Part shown: piece by piece, positions 49,150 to 59,738 of the stretch
How positions within the stretch are numbered: position 1 is the stretch's first letter
How the letters are laid out: the number at the start of each line of letters is the position of its first letter
Source of the DNA: Leptospiraceae bacterium
Lineage (GTDB): Bacteria; Spirochaetota; Leptospiria; Leptospirales; Leptospiraceae
NCBI GenBank assembly: GCA_024233835.1
Contig: JACKPC010000001.1
Coordinates: forward strand, 1,477,442 to 1,541,441
DNA length: 64,000 bases
Reading direction: 5' to 3'
Translations under genes and position numbers: made by a program
The notes under the pieces: model-generated
The model's database searches: none
What the model saw: only the letters and a program-made list of their open reading frames with translations
What the model was told of the DNA's origin: nothing

Positions 49150-50099
49150 AGAAAAAATTCATAATACCTGCCCTTATAATCCTTGTTCTTTTATCTCTCT
49201 TTTTTTTACCCGGTAAGAAAAAAGAAAAACAGGTAAAAACTTTTAAGCTAAGTTATTCCTCTTTAAAAGTTAACACCCGCGCTTCCGGCCTGGTCAGTCC
49301 AACCAATCGTTTGGAGATAAAACCTCCGGTAGCCGGCAGGATTGAGAAAGTTCTTATCGAAGAAGGAAAATTTGTGAATAAAGGTTCTATCCTTGCCTGG
49401 ATGAGTTCTACCGAAAGAGCCGCTTTATTAGATGCTGCGAGAGCAAGGGGAAAAGGAGAAATGAAAGAGTGGGAAGACATGTACAGACCCACACCCGTCA
49501 TTGCTCCTCTAAAAGGAATGATTATTGCTAACAATATAAAATCGGGGCAAATGGTTACCCAACAGGATGTTCTTCTTGTATTATCAGATGCTTTAATTAT
49601 AAAAGCAAAAGTAGATGAAACAGATATTGCCAGGATAAAAAACGGACAAAAGGCCAGTATTACTATCGATTCCTTTCCTGAAGAAAAAATTTCGTCCAGG
49701 GTAAAACATATTGCCTTTGAAGCTGTAACAGAAAATTCAGTTACTACATACGAAGTACTTATTGAACCGGAACAAAGACCTGATTTCCTAAGAAGCGGAA
49801 TGAGCGCTACAGTAGACTTCGTCCTCTTAGAAAGAGAAAAAACCCTGATGGTTCCGGAAAATGCAGTGTATGAAAACAAGAAAGGAGAAAAGTTTGTTCT
49901 GAAACTAAATCCTTCTTCTAAAAGCAAGAAAAAGATGGATAAGGTTTTTGTGAAAACCGGCTATGCACATGAATCTTCTGTAGAAATTATAGAAGGCTTG
50001 CAGGAAGGGGATGAAATTGTAATCAAAGAAAAGAAAAAGTCCAAGAAAGACAAGGAGAAAAATCCTTTCGTCCCCAGTTTTTTCAAAAAAAGAAGGTAA
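49146..50099 (+). CDS. macA: HlyD/RND-type periplasmic adaptor (MacA-like)
   Basis: N-terminal TM, lipoyl/beta-barrel adaptor motifs; coupled to TolC and MacB. Confidence 0.8.
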   Translation: MKKKFIIPALIILVLLSLFFLPGKKKEKQVKTFKLSYSSLKVNTRASGLVSPTNRLEIKPPVAGRIEKVLIEEGKFVNKGSILAWMSSTERAALLDAARARGKGEMKEWEDMYRPTPVIAPLKGMIIANNIKSGQMVTQQDVLLVLSDALIIKAKVDETDIARIKNGQKASITIDSFPEEKISSRVKHIAFEAVTENSVTTYEVLIEPEQRPDFLRSGMSATVDFVLLEREKTLMVPENAVYENKKGEKFVLKLNPSSKSKKKMDKVFVKTGYAHESSVEIIEGLQEGDEIVIKEKKKSKKDKEKNPFVPSFFKKRR

Positions 50100-50101
50100 G
50101 T

Positions 50102-52066
50102 ATGCCCATTATCGAAGTTCATCACTTAAGTAAATCCTATAAACCCGGAACCGAAGAAATTAAAGTTCTAAATGATGTAAGCCTGAGTATTGAAGAAGGA
50201 GAATTTGTAGCTATTATGGGTGCTTCCGGTTCCGGTAAATCTACCCTGTTACAAATTTTAGGTTTATTAGATATACCGAACCCCGGAGGAAAATATAAAC
50301 TATTCGGTGAAAATGTAGCCGGATTTAGTGATGCGAAGTTGGCCGAATTAAGAGCGAAAAGCATAGGTTTTGTTTTCCAGCAGTTTCATCTCCTATCCCG
50401 CACGATAGCCGTAGAAAATGTTTCCCTTCCCTCGATTTATTCCGGTCTGGAAAATGCAGGAGAAAGAGCCAGATCCTTATTGGCTCTTGTTGGATTAGAG
50501 GACAGGATTGAACACAGACCCAATGAGCTTTCCGGAGGACAACAGCAGAGAGTAGCCATAGCCAGAGCTTTAATTAATTCACCTAAAATCATCTTTGCCG
50601 ATGAGCCAACCGGTAATCTTGATTCCAAAAGTAAGAAAGATATTATGGAACTTTTAGTTAAACTCAATCAAAGTGGCATTACCATTGTAATGGTGACCCA
50701 CGAGCAGGAAATAGCCGAATACTGCTCTCGAATGATTTCTTTCAGTGATGGAAAGGTTTTAGAAGATAAGAAAAACACAATAAAGCAAACAAATAATAAA
50801 CTTCCGAAAGGCACAACTGATATCCTCAACTATAAAAAGCCGGGCATATTCAAAACGATTCGCCTTCACCTTTATTATGCAATAAAAACTTTTCTGGCAA
50901 ATAAAATTCGGACTACCCTATCTACAATAGGAATCCTTATCGGGGTCTCTGCCCTTATTGTTGTTATGGCACTCGGAGAAGGTGCCAAGAAAAGTATAGA
51001 AAAACGCTTATTGTCCCTTGGTTCCAATTTGCTCATATTAAAATCAGGAGCCAAAAAGCAGGCAGGAGTTTCTATGGAAGCGGGACTTGTCACCCGACTC
51101 AGCTATGAAGATGGGCTGGCCATTCAAACCTCGATTCCGGAAGTCGCAAGGCTCAGTAGCACCGTAAGCGGTAGAGCCCAGGCCGTGTTTCAAAATAAAA
51201 ACTGGAATACAAATATCATCGGTGTAGAAGCCAAATATGCAGCGATGAGAAGTCTGAATGTGCTTGAAGGTAGATTTATAAACGAAGCAGAAGACAAAGA
51301 CAGGAAAAGGCTTGCTGTTCTCGGTCACAGGGTAAATCAAGAACTATTCGGTACAGGTTATGCAGTAGGAAAATATATCAAGGTAAACAGAACCCATTTC
51401 AAAATAATCGGAGTACTTCCGGAGGTAGGAGGGAGTAACTGGAAAGACCCGGATGATGTTATCCTCGTTCCTCTCCAAACCGCCATGCACAGGTTATTCA
51501 AAAAGGATCTGGTGGATAGGATTGAGATAGAAATCCGAAAAACCGAAGAAATAAAACAGGCAGAGGAGAAAATTCTTTCTCTCATGTACAAGCGTCATCG
51601 TTTGAGTGAAAATTCGGGAAAAATGTTTGAGGTTAAGAATATGTCAGACATACAGGAAGCTCTTTCCGAATCCAGTAAAACTATGTCTATGTTACTTTTC
51701 GGAGTAGCTACCATATCTCTTCTGGTTGGAGGGATCGGTATTATGAACATCATGCTGGTATCGGTCAAGGAACGAACACGAGAAATCGGACTTCGTAAAG
51801 CTCTCGGTGCAAAGAAAGAAGATATTCTTTTACAATTTCTAATTGAGTCTGTCTTAATCAGTTTATTCGGTGGGTTTGCAGGAATTATTTTGGGAAGACT
51901 AATTAGTTATTTCTTAACCTTCTGGGCCAAGTGGACAACATCCGTTTCCCCGGAAGCTATCTTTTTCGCTTTTCTGTTTTCCAGTATTACCGGTATTCTA
52001 TTCGGAATCTGGCCTGCAAGAATAGCTTCTAACCTCGATCCAATTACAGCTCTCCGATACGAGTAA
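50102..52066 (+). CDS. macB: MacB-type ABC transporter (fused ATPase plus FtsX permease)
   Basis: Walker [10 protein letters not shown], signature LSGGQQQR, Walker [10 protein letters not shown]-terminal FtsX 4-TM domain. Confidence 0.9.
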   Translation: MPIIEVHHLSKSYKPGTEEIKVLNDVSLSIEEGEFVAIMGASGSGKSTLLQILGLLDIPNPGGKYKLFGENVAGFSDAKLAELRAKSIGFVFQQFHLLSRTIAVENVSLPSIYSGLENAGERARSLLALVGLEDRIEHRPNELSGGQQQRVAIARALINSPKIIFADEPTGNLDSKSKKDIMELLVKLNQSGITIVMVTHEQEIAEYCSRMISFSDGKVLEDKKNTIKQTNNKLPKGTTDILNYKKPGIFKTIRLHLYYAIKTFLANKIRTTLSTIGILIGVSALIVVMALGEGAKKSIEKRLLSLGSNLLILKSGAKKQAGVSMEAGLVTRLSYEDGLAIQTSIPEVARLSSTVSGRAQAVFQNKNWNTNIIGVEAKYAAMRSLNVLEGRFINEAEDKDRKRLAVLGHRVNQELFGTGYAVGKYIKVNRTHFKIIGVLPEVGGSNWKDPDDVILVPLQTAMHRLFKKDLVDRIEIEIRKTEEIKQAEEKILSLMYKRHRLSENSGKMFEVKNMSDIQEALSESSKTMSMLLFGVATISLLVGGIGIMNIMLVSVKERTREIGLRKALGAKKEDILLQFLIESVLISLFGGFAGIILGRLISYFLTFWAKWTTSVSPEAIFFAFLFSSITGILFGIWPARIASNLDPITALRYE

Positions 52067-52072
52067 AAAGAA

Positions 52073-54082
52073 TTATCTTATACTACAACAAGCCATGAGA
52101 TTTTTCTTCAAGACTTCGCTCAAGTTTTTGGTCTTTTGCAACTCCTGCCTTGCTTTATCCTTATAGCCTGAATCCAATAAATCATATATGGTTTGGGCTG
52201 AGTTGTGAATTCCTTTATGAATTCCATCAATTTCCTTCCATATTTTTTCATTTGATTTAGGAATAGCAGAAGAGTGATAAAAAATTCCGAATCGACAACG
52301 CGTATGCTCTAACTCAATATTTCTTTCTTCCTCATGCTCAATAATCGCTTCTAATTTTTCCATCCAGGTGTTATGTGCGGTAATCGCGGATTCGACTTCT
52401 AAGAAAAAATCATCTTCTGTCATCAAGTTTACAGAAGAAATCAGCTTAAACATAGAAGAAGAAATATGTATGACTTCATCTGTATCCTGTGTAATTAATT
52501 CAAGCCTGGTTTGAATTCTCTTACTGGAATCATTAATTGAATTAAAGCGTTGATTAATATTTAAGACATTTTTCGTGATTACTTCTGAATTCTTCGAAAC
52601 CTCATCAATCGAATCGGTTAATACAACCGAACTATCAGATATTGTAGCCGTAATCTTATTCATTTCATGAATATTCTGTAGTACCTCCGAAATCTTCTCC
52701 ATAGCAGTCCCTGTATCATTTGAAATCTCAATAATTTTTTGCGAAACCTCTTCACTGCTGTTATTATTTGAATAAATCTTTTCTAATATAACTTTTAGAT
52801 TTTTATTAATACCTTCAACTGCTTCCCGGCTTCCTTCTGCCAGTTTTCCAATTTCAGAAGCTACTACAGAAAAGCCTCTCCCGGATTCACCGGCCCTGGC
52901 AGCTTCAATGGAAGCATTCAAAGCTAAAAGATTGGTTTTTTCTGAAATTTCCTGAATGGTTTGTATGGTTCTCTCTATAAGGTTCACCTTATCTGTTAAT
53001 TCTTTATTTTTGCTGAGCATTTCATCCATAGCAGAAATAGCCAGATCCATACTATTCCTGATCTGGGTAATCTTCTCTTCTCCTAATGAAGCTTTTTTCG
53101 AAGATTCTTCCGTTAAGGACATTACCCGGTTGATTTCCTCAGTCAAATTTCGAGAAAAAGCCGCATTCTTTGCAATCGATTTATCCTGTGAACGAATGGT
53201 AGCTTCAATACCATTTAACTCTTCTTTTCCCCTATCCATGTCTCTTTCAATTGAGATAAAATTTTGTGAATAAATATATAATTCACGGATGATTAAACTC
53301 ACCTTCACAATAATTTCTCTAAAAGTATAAAATATTTTCAGTAATTTTCCTCTTAAAACCTCCGAAAAAGAATTAAAATCCTGTGAAAGCTTCCCGATTT
53401 CGTCCTTTGAAACAACAGGAATCCTCTGGGTTAAGTCACCCTCATTTTTAGCTAATAAACTCATCCTGGCAATTAGATTATTCAAAGGAAAAAGAATAAG
53501 CTTATTGTAATATATTAATACACCTATAGATCCGGTAAGAATAATAAAAATTACAAATACCTGCAATATCTTAAGGTAAGTAAGTTTTTTTTCAGAAACA
53601 CCCTGAATCAACTGAACAGCCTTATCCATTTCTTTGAGAAGAACTATATTGCTATGATATAAGTCTTTACTAATCTGCTTTTCTCTTATTGTAATCTGAA
53701 TCAGCCTCTGGTTTTTCAACCAGTATTGACTTACAATTTCCAATTGAGCTTTTGTTTTTCCCTCAGAAGGCAATAAATACACCTTCTTTTTCCAGGAAAG
53801 ATCCAGAGAAGCTTCTCCTCCATCTTTAAGGGCTTTCAAACTTGTATCAAACAGTTGAATCGTATTCTCCAGTTCTTCTCGATAAGATTCATCATTTGAA
53901 TGTAAAAAGAGACTCAATTCTTTTAACATCTTCTGGCTAAGCATTCTTTGCCTTCCGGAAAGATTAATTTCCAGGGCGTCTTTTTCTTTTAAGTGAACAA
54001 TATAAAAAGATAAGAGAAAGTTAAGAATTAAGATTCCTAAAAAGAAGAGGGGCGGCAGAAAAAATTTATATATAAATTTCAT
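52073..54082 (-). CDS. Methyl-accepting chemotaxis protein with a PilJ/NIT-like N-terminal sensor motif and a C-terminal CZB zinc-binding domain
   Basis: [11 protein letters not shown] sensor motif, HAMP, MCP signalling core [20 protein letters not shown], and a C-terminal H..W..L....C.FG pattern (CZB). Confidence 0.85.
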   Translation of the reverse strand: MKFIYKFFLPPLFFLGILILNFLLSFYIVHLKEKDALEINLSGRQRMLSQKMLKELSLFLHSNDESYREELENTIQLFDTSLKALKDGGEASLDLSWKKKVYLLPSEGKTKAQLEIVSQYWLKNQRLIQITIREKQISKDLYHSNIVLLKEMDKAVQLIQGVSEKKLTYLKILQVFVIFIILTGSIGVLIYYNKLILFPLNNLIARMSLLAKNEGDLTQRIPVVSKDEIGKLSQDFNSFSEVLRGKLLKIFYTFREIIVKVSLIIRELYIYSQNFISIERDMDRGKEELNGIEATIRSQDKSIAKNAAFSRNLTEEINRVMSLTEESSKKASLGEEKITQIRNSMDLAISAMDEMLSKNKELTDKVNLIERTIQTIQEISEKTNLLALNASIEAARAGESGRGFSVVASEIGKLAEGSREAVEGINKNLKVILEKIYSNNNSSEEVSQKIIEISNDTGTAMEKISEVLQNIHEMNKITATISDSSVVLTDSIDEVSKNSEVITKNVLNINQRFNSINDSSKRIQTRLELITQDTDEVIHISSSMFKLISSVNLMTEDDFFLEVESAITAHNTWMEKLEAIIEHEEERNIELEHTRCRFGIFYHSSAIPKSNEKIWKEIDGIHKGIHNSAQTIYDLLDSGYKDKARQELQKTKNLSEVLKKNLMACCSIR

Positions 54083-54096
54083 TGTTGATTTAATAG

Positions 54097-54432
54097 TTAT
54101 TTAGATCTTTCCAAACCATAGTAATATTGCCCTTTTTTTTGAATTAAGTTCCGAGAAATTAAACCTTCGGCAATCAAAAGAAGTCCCGTAACCGCTTCCT
54201 CTTTTTTTTTCAAAGGTTCCTCCTTTCCTGCGGACATCAACTGATGTATATACTCCCTTCTTTTTGGTTCTAAAACACCGAGCATAGAACCCACCACCTT
54301 TTCATTGCCATGCAAAAAAGCCAGGGCTAAAACCGGTGGAGGAGTTTCATTACAGAGATAATATAAAGCTCTATTATCAAAATAAGATAGATCCTCAAAC
54401 TTTTTTAAAATCTTTTCATCTCCTCCTGACAT
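54097..54432 (-). CDS. Small protein with a FliG-C/MgtE-N-like helical domain
   Basis: [44 protein letters not shown] parallels the FliG C-terminal segment (D.RSIQRVLREVD..DLALALKGASEEVREKIFSNMSKRA). Start overlaps the carboxypeptidase stop. Confidence 0.4.
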   Translation of the reverse strand: MSGGDEKILKKFEDLSYFDNRALYYLCNETPPPVLALAFLHGNEKVVGSMLGVLEPKRREYIHQLMSAGKEEPLKKKEEAVTGLLLIAEGLISRNLIQKKGQYYYGLERSK

Positions 54433-55940
54433 CAGAAAAACTCCTTCAAGCGGGTTTTTAAGTATTTTACAAGATACTCAGGCTTTGGCCTGGCTCCGCA
54501 TACCTTCTCTATAAGCTTATCCGGTTCTAAAATTTTTCCCTGTAAATGAATGTTCTTCTTTAGCCAATTCGACAGAGGAGAAAGGTCTCCATGTTGCATA
54601 AGACCTTTCCAGAAATCAGGCGTATCCTCCAAAAACTTGTGGAAAAACTGGGCAGAATAGATGTTGCCGAGGGTATAGGTAGGAAAATATCCAAAGCCTC
54701 CTCCGCTCCAATGCACATCCTGCAAGACTCCTTCTGCATCATTATGAATTTGGAGGTCAAATAGTTCTTTCATCCCTGCATTCCATCTTTCCGGTAGTTC
54801 TCTCACAGGCAGGCCTTCAGAAATCAGTTCTTTCTCAATCTCGTATCTAAGAATGATGTGGAGGTTATAAGTTAACTGATCAGCTTCTACCCGAATTTTT
54901 GTTTTGGCTGATGAATTCAGGTAGTTGTATAAATCCTCAAAAGGTAAATCATAGTGATTGATTTCAAAATCTTTACAAAGACTCGGATAATAATATTCCC
55001 AGAATGCACGGGAACGACCTATCTGGTTTTCCCAGAGTCGACTTTGAGATTCATGGATCCCGAAAGATACCGAAGCGGTAAGAGGACTCGGATAATCTTC
55101 CATTTCTCCTACTCCCATTTCATACAGGGAATGTCCTGATTCATGCAGAACTCCCATGATAGAAGAAATGGGATCTTTTTCATCATACCGTGTAGTAATC
55201 CGAAAATCTTTTCTTCCCAGATTGGTAGAAAAGGGGTGGGAACTTTTATCCAAACGACTCATATCTTCGGGCAAACCAAGAGCAGCCGGCAGCCTTCGAT
55301 TGAATAATTCCTGCCTTCTTTCCGAGATTTCCGATTTAAAAGGATTGGGGAATTCTCTTGCTTCATTCACCATAGGAATCAGGGAGTTTTTCAAACCCAT
55401 GAATAGAGGATCCAGTTTTTCTACATTAATTCCGGTTTCATAACCTTCTAAGAGTGCATCATAGCGATTGCGATCATAACCGTAACACTCAGCCATTTCT
55501 ATAGAAAGTTCTACAATCTCAGAAAGTATTCCTTCAAATTCTTTGAAGTTTTTATTCTTTCTTGCCGACTCCCAGATTCCATGAGCCAGGTTCGTTTTCT
55601 GACTAAATTTCTCTACAAGTTCTACCGGAAGGGTAACGGCACGATTTCTTTCTTTTCGAAGAACCTCTATTTCACGAAGATAAAAACTTTCTTTTTCCGG
55701 TTTGGTTCGGCGAATAAATTCCTCGGCTTCATCAATTAAACGCAAGAAATGATTCCCGGTAAAATTCTTATGTTGCAGGGCTGATAGTTGGGCAATTTGT
55801 CCGGCTCTCTCCGGCCTGGCTTCCGGAGGCATGGTAACCTCAGAATCCCAGTGCAGGATGCTGATGACATTTTGTAAATTAACCAGTTCTTTCCAATACT
55901 TTCGATATTCCGTAAATGCGTTCTTTTCCATGGGATTCAC
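54432..55940 (-). CDS. M32 carboxypeptidase (Taq-like) metallopeptidase
   Basis: HESGH zinc motif, HPF motif (SSHPFS), ~500 aa. Confidence 0.85.
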   Translation of the reverse strand: MNPMEKNAFTEYRKYWKELVNLQNVISILHWDSEVTMPPEARPERAGQIAQLSALQHKNFTGNHFLRLIDEAEEFIRRTKPEKESFYLREIEVLRKERNRAVTLPVELVEKFSQKTNLAHGIWESARKNKNFKEFEGILSEIVELSIEMAECYGYDRNRYDALLEGYETGINVEKLDPLFMGLKNSLIPMVNEAREFPNPFKSEISERRQELFNRRLPAALGLPEDMSRLDKSSHPFSTNLGRKDFRITTRYDEKDPISSIMGVLHESGHSLYEMGVGEMEDYPSPLTASVSFGIHESQSRLWENQIGRSRAFWEYYYPSLCKDFEINHYDLPFEDLYNYLNSSAKTKIRVEADQLTYNLHIILRYEIEKELISEGLPVRELPERWNAGMKELFDLQIHNDAEGVLQDVHWSGGGFGYFPTYTLGNIYSAQFFHKFLEDTPDFWKGLMQHGDLSPLSNWLKKNIHLQGKILEPDKLIEKVCGARPKPEYLVKYLKTRLKEFF

Positions 55941-56040
55941 TTTCGAAATTCAGTTTATTCAAAGCAAAACTTTCGTAAAGAATTTTCTGACTCAAAAGTA
56001 AGAAAAAAGATGATTGAAAGTGAGGTATATATCTTAAAAC

Positions 56041-56141
56041 TTCCCCCTTTCCTGCAACTCGCCGTTGGCTCGCTCAGTAGTCGCGCCGGCTGAGCGATGA
56101 CGTAAGTCTGAGCCGAAGCCAGGCCAGGAGAGGGGGATAGG
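56041..56141. other. ~100-bp GC-rich (~60% GC) intergenic element bounded by inverted termini (tcccccT.../...Agggggat) with an internal hairpin (cgctcag-N12-ctgagcg)
   Basis: Read directly; it stands out against AT-rich surroundings. Lies 3' of the Fe-ADH gene and ~100 bp upstream of the carboxypeptidase start. Confidence 0.3.
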
Positions 56142-56149
56142 TAAAAAGT

Positions 56150-57406
56150 CTAAGGGAGCATTTTTGCCACTAAATTTTCGCAGGTTGTTTGATCCATATA
56201 TTTGGGTACGGCATAGGTGAAATGGGCTTCTTTCAGGGCTGCTTTCGCAATTTTTGGAATATCTTCCTTTTTTAAATCTTTTAACTTATCCGGAATTCCA
56301 AACTCTTTTTTCAGGTCGATTACATATTGGATGAATTTTTTAGCCAGAACTATTTCCGAGTCTCCATTCTGTTTTAAACCACAGGTTTCGGCGAGTTTGG
56401 CTAATCTATCACTGGCTGAGTCCAGAGAAAATTCCAGGACATAGGGTAATACAATCGCGTTGGCTAATCCGTGAGGTGTTTTATATAAAGCTCCAAAATT
56501 GTGTGCAATCGCGTGAACATAACCTACTCCGGCACGAGTAAAAGCAAGACCCGCAAAATAGGAAGCAAGAGCCATATTTTGTCTGGCCTGGACATTGCCG
56601 GGATTTTTTACTACTTCTCTCAGGTTTTCGTCTATTAGCTTTGCAGCGGCTAATGAATGCCTGTCGGTATCGGGTAAGGCATTGGAGGAAATAAAAGCTT
56701 CTACCGCATGGGTCAATGCATCCATACCGGTAGCTGTAGTTACCCCGGCAGGTAAACCGATCATGAGTTCTCCGTCAAGGGCTGCCATTGACGGAACTAA
56801 CTTTGGATCCATGAGAGGAGTTTTCGCATGGGTTACCGGGTCAGATACTACCGCGGCGACTGTGGCCTCAGAACCGGTCCCGGCTGTTGTGGGGATTACA
56901 TAAAGAGGCATAATTGCATTCCAGACCTTAAAAAGACCGGCGAGCTGGGCAATACTTTTATCGTTCGTGGCCCTTGCTGCTAAAACCTTGGCTGCATCAA
57001 TAGGAGAGCCTCCTCCTATGGCTAAAATGGCATCGCAATTTGTATTTTTAAGAATCTCGAGTCCATTTTCTACCTGATCATAAGTAGGATCCGGTAAAAT
57101 TTTATCATAGATTTCATAAGCAACCCCATTTTCTTCGAGGGCAGTTAAAATATTTTTTAGAATTCCAATCTTAACAAGGGTTTCATCGGTCACAATAAAT
57201 ATCTTTTTTGTTCCCATTTTAGAAATAGCCCTACAAAGCTCAATAGATGAACCGGGACCCGAAAATAAAGTCGGTTTAGGAAATGGCAATATTTTAGCGG
57301 TTTCTTTTAGAACCCAGGCTATATTTTTATAGCCCATTACCTGGATGGAAAAAGGAAACAGATTCGCACCGAGGTCTTCAAAAATTGATAACTCCTTATC
57401 GAACAT
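56150..57406 (-). CDS. Iron-containing (group III) alcohol dehydrogenase
   Basis: Fe-ADH motifs (GGGSPIDAAK, metal-binding His cluster). The ATG at 57406 has an AAGGAG RBS 6 nt upstream; the longer ORF starting at 57454 is less likely. Confidence 0.85.
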   Translation of the reverse strand: MFDKELSIFEDLGANLFPFSIQVMGYKNIAWVLKETAKILPFPKPTLFSGPGSSIELCRAISKMGTKKIFIVTDETLVKIGILKNILTALEENGVAYEIYDKILPDPTYDQVENGLEILKNTNCDAILAIGGGSPIDAAKVLAARATNDKSIAQLAGLFKVWNAIMPLYVIPTTAGTGSEATVAAVVSDPVTHAKTPLMDPKLVPSMAALDGELMIGLPAGVTTATGMDALTHAVEAFISSNALPDTDRHSLAAAKLIDENLREVVKNPGNVQARQNMALASYFAGLAFTRAGVGYVHAIAHNFGALYKTPHGLANAIVLPYVLEFSLDSASDRLAKLAETCGLKQNGDSEIVLAKKFIQYVIDLKKEFGIPDKLKDLKKEDIPKIAKAALKEAHFTYAVPKYMDQTTCENLVAKMLP

Positions 57407-57547
57407 AAACACTCCTTGTATAACTCGTATCCTGACCTTTTCGGAAAGATACACATTCTCTATCTACCCAGCTTATTATTCTTATTTTTAAAGTAAAGCA
57501 AGAAACCTGTACCTATAAAAAAGCGAAGCTTAAGTCTTTCTATTCTA

Positions 57548-59494
57548 CTAAGAAACCTTTATTTTAAAAACCTTGAGTCTTTCTTTATCCCAGTTTCTCT
57601 CATAAACGAGTTCCTCTAACTTTAGATTTCTTGTATATAAAAATTCTTCTATATTCTTTTTTACAGTCTCTGTAAAAACTATCTCTCCGGCTCCGCAAAG
57701 ACTCTGGATCTTCGAACAAAGATTCACGGTATTTCCAAAAAAATCAATATTACTATTTAAGTTTACCGAAAGACAGGGTCCACTATGAAGACTGATGCGA
57801 ATACGTAAACCCAGGTCGTTTTTTTCATGAAAGCGTTTCTGCATTTCAAAAGCCGCCCGCATAGCCAATTCAGGCGAAGGAAATACAAGCATAGCTGCAT
57901 CTCCAATCGTTTTGGTCAGAGCTCCCTGGTGCTTAGTAACTTCTTCGTATATCCAGACAAAATGTTGTTTTACCCGAGAAAAAGCCTGTCCGTCTCCAAG
58001 CTCGGAATATAATTTCGTTGAACCCACCAGATCGGTAAAGAGAATGGTTTGAACCCCCACATCGAGACTTACTCCAATTTGTATTGCTTCTTCCGAAAAT
58101 ATATCGTGAAAATCCTGTAATAAAAATAAATCTTTAGGTCTTAAAGCAAAAGTATCAGGTTCAGTTTTTTCTAATATTAGAACGTTATCACTATCTGAAT
58201 GATTCCATAAACCCAAGTTTTCTTTTTGAAAAATAACAAACTCTCTTTTACTCATCAACTCTTCGAGGGTCAATTCTCGAAGTTTAGAATCTGCATCTTC
58301 TTTAACCTGCATATAATTGTATTCTTTTCTTGTATTTGTACGCATCCTATAGAGTCCGGGTAAAAAATCACAGGAAATTCTAAATTTCTCATTTGCAGTA
58401 AAAGCTTTCTGTAAAATAATATGAGATTTTTTTGAGGGTTCTGCACTACAATAAAAACGTTTTGCTACTTTACGAATCGAAGGATGGATATGAAAGGTTA
58501 TTTCCAAGATGTCCATTCCACCTGTCCGGAAATCAATCTCACAAACTTCACAGCTTGCATTTGGAGGCACTTCTCCAAGGTGTTTCAATTCTTCCCGAAC
58601 CCCTCTGCAATGCGGACAAACGACATCCCAGCTCATCTGTAATACTCCCAGTCGGGTAGCCTGTAAGAAAAGTTTTAAAACTTCCCTTTCCTCTTCTTGC
58701 CACCTTAGGGCTAATTCTTTTACACGCAGACGATAAAGCTCCTCTTCCGTTCCATATTCAAGATGCTCTAAAAAGTTTTGAACGAATACTTCGTTTGGAA
58801 ATAATTTCATAAGTGATACTTTTGCATTTTCTAATATTCTTTTTCCTCCTTCTTCTAATTGAACCTTTTCTGTTTTTATCTTAATCTGAGATTTCACTTG
58901 CAAACTATTTGCGATGTTTTTAAATACAACTCTGTATTTTTTTTCCATGCGGGGCATCGCCATTCTTAAAAGTAATTTACCCCTGAGATTTGCAGGCAGC
59001 CAGGCAAAATAAAAATACAAACGCAGCGAATTATTTCCCAATTCTTGCAGATAACCCACGACTCGAACATACTTTGCAAAACCTTTTGTATACTTCCTTG
59101 AGTTTTCAATAAAACGCTTATATTCCCACTGCCAGGGAACTTCTTCCCATTCTAATTCAATCCCGACGTTTTTTGTTTTTCCATAAAGCTTTCCACCTTT
59201 TTCTTTAAATTGCATCTCGGGAAGCTCTAAAAGCTTATTCGTTTTAGATGTATCAATTATTTCCGGCCATAGTTTTTCGGCGGAACAGTTTAATTCCAGA
59301 TGCCAGAAATAATCCAGCCGGGAAGGTGTATCTAAAATAGAAGGATTGGGAAACAGTTTTAAAAATTCCTGCAAAGAAAGAATAGTCATCATAAATATAC
59401 AGGTATCCGTATTTACTCTAAATGCAATATTTTTTTGCAAACACTCTCCTATATTATCATTGTTGATTCTAATCGATTGTAAAACCTTTGACAA
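57548..59494 (-). CDS. Class III adenylate/guanylate cyclase with a large N-terminal domain containing a Zn-ribbon-like CxxC...CxxC
   Basis: C-terminal CHD catalytic domain (FTDLVGSTKL...TIGDAAMLVF); N-terminal CPHC...CEVC. Confidence 0.8.
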   Translation of the reverse strand: MSKVLQSIRINNDNIGECLQKNIAFRVNTDTCIFMMTILSLQEFLKLFPNPSILDTPSRLDYFWHLELNCSAEKLWPEIIDTSKTNKLLELPEMQFKEKGGKLYGKTKNVGIELEWEEVPWQWEYKRFIENSRKYTKGFAKYVRVVGYLQELGNNSLRLYFYFAWLPANLRGKLLLRMAMPRMEKKYRVVFKNIANSLQVKSQIKIKTEKVQLEEGGKRILENAKVSLMKLFPNEVFVQNFLEHLEYGTEEELYRLRVKELALRWQEEEREVLKLFLQATRLGVLQMSWDVVCPHCRGVREELKHLGEVPPNASCEVCEIDFRTGGMDILEITFHIHPSIRKVAKRFYCSAEPSKKSHIILQKAFTANEKFRISCDFLPGLYRMRTNTRKEYNYMQVKEDADSKLRELTLEELMSKREFVIFQKENLGLWNHSDSDNVLILEKTEPDTFALRPKDLFLLQDFHDIFSEEAIQIGVSLDVGVQTILFTDLVGSTKLYSELGDGQAFSRVKQHFVWIYEEVTKHQGALTKTIGDAAMLVFPSPELAMRAAFEMQKRFHEKNDLGLRIRISLHSGPCLSVNLNSNIDFFGNTVNLCSKIQSLCGAGEIVFTETVKKNIEEFLYTRNLKLEELVYERNWDKERLKVFKIKVS

Positions 59495-59517
59495 AAATTC
59501 AGGACTTAAAAACTATG
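59489..59517 (+). promoter_or_regulatory. Putative sigma70-like promoter TTGACA-N17-AACTAT driving the riboswitch leader
   Basis: Consensus -35 hexamer read directly; the -10 is weak. Confidence 0.3.
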
Positions 59518-59521
59518 GCTA

Positions 59522-59700
59522 TAGTCTTCAGGGAGGAAGTCAGGTGCAATTCCTGCGCTGTCCCGCAACTGTAATGCCCTAGTGGATAAGCCAGATCTTC
59601 CCCTGTATTCGCGCTTCGTGGATTGAGTGTAATACAAACTCACCTGAAAATAGGTGAACGGGGTCCCGAAGATAGATAAATCCGTGGACTTCTTTCATCT
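59522..59700 (+). promoter_or_regulatory. Cobalamin (B12) riboswitch
   Basis: Conserved core GGTGcAAtTCC...CtGtCCCGCaACTGTaAtG plus a B12-box-like AAGCCAGAtCttCCCC; a downstream hairpin CACCTGaaaatAGGTG precedes the RBS of the first gene. Confidence 0.7.
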
Positions 59701-59738
59701 AAAATCTGAAGTTTCACGAAATGGAGACCAACATGAAA

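Noticed and set aside
49253-49927. 224-aa minus-strand ORF
   Set aside because: Entirely antisense to the HlyD/MacA adaptor inside a tightly coupled TolC-MacA-MacB operon; shadow ORF.
59522-59700. tRNA or other small RNA gene in the GC-richer leader upstream of the lipoprotein operon
   Set aside because: No cloverleaf or T-loop (GTTCGA-type) signature. The conserved blocks match the cobalamin riboswitch core instead.
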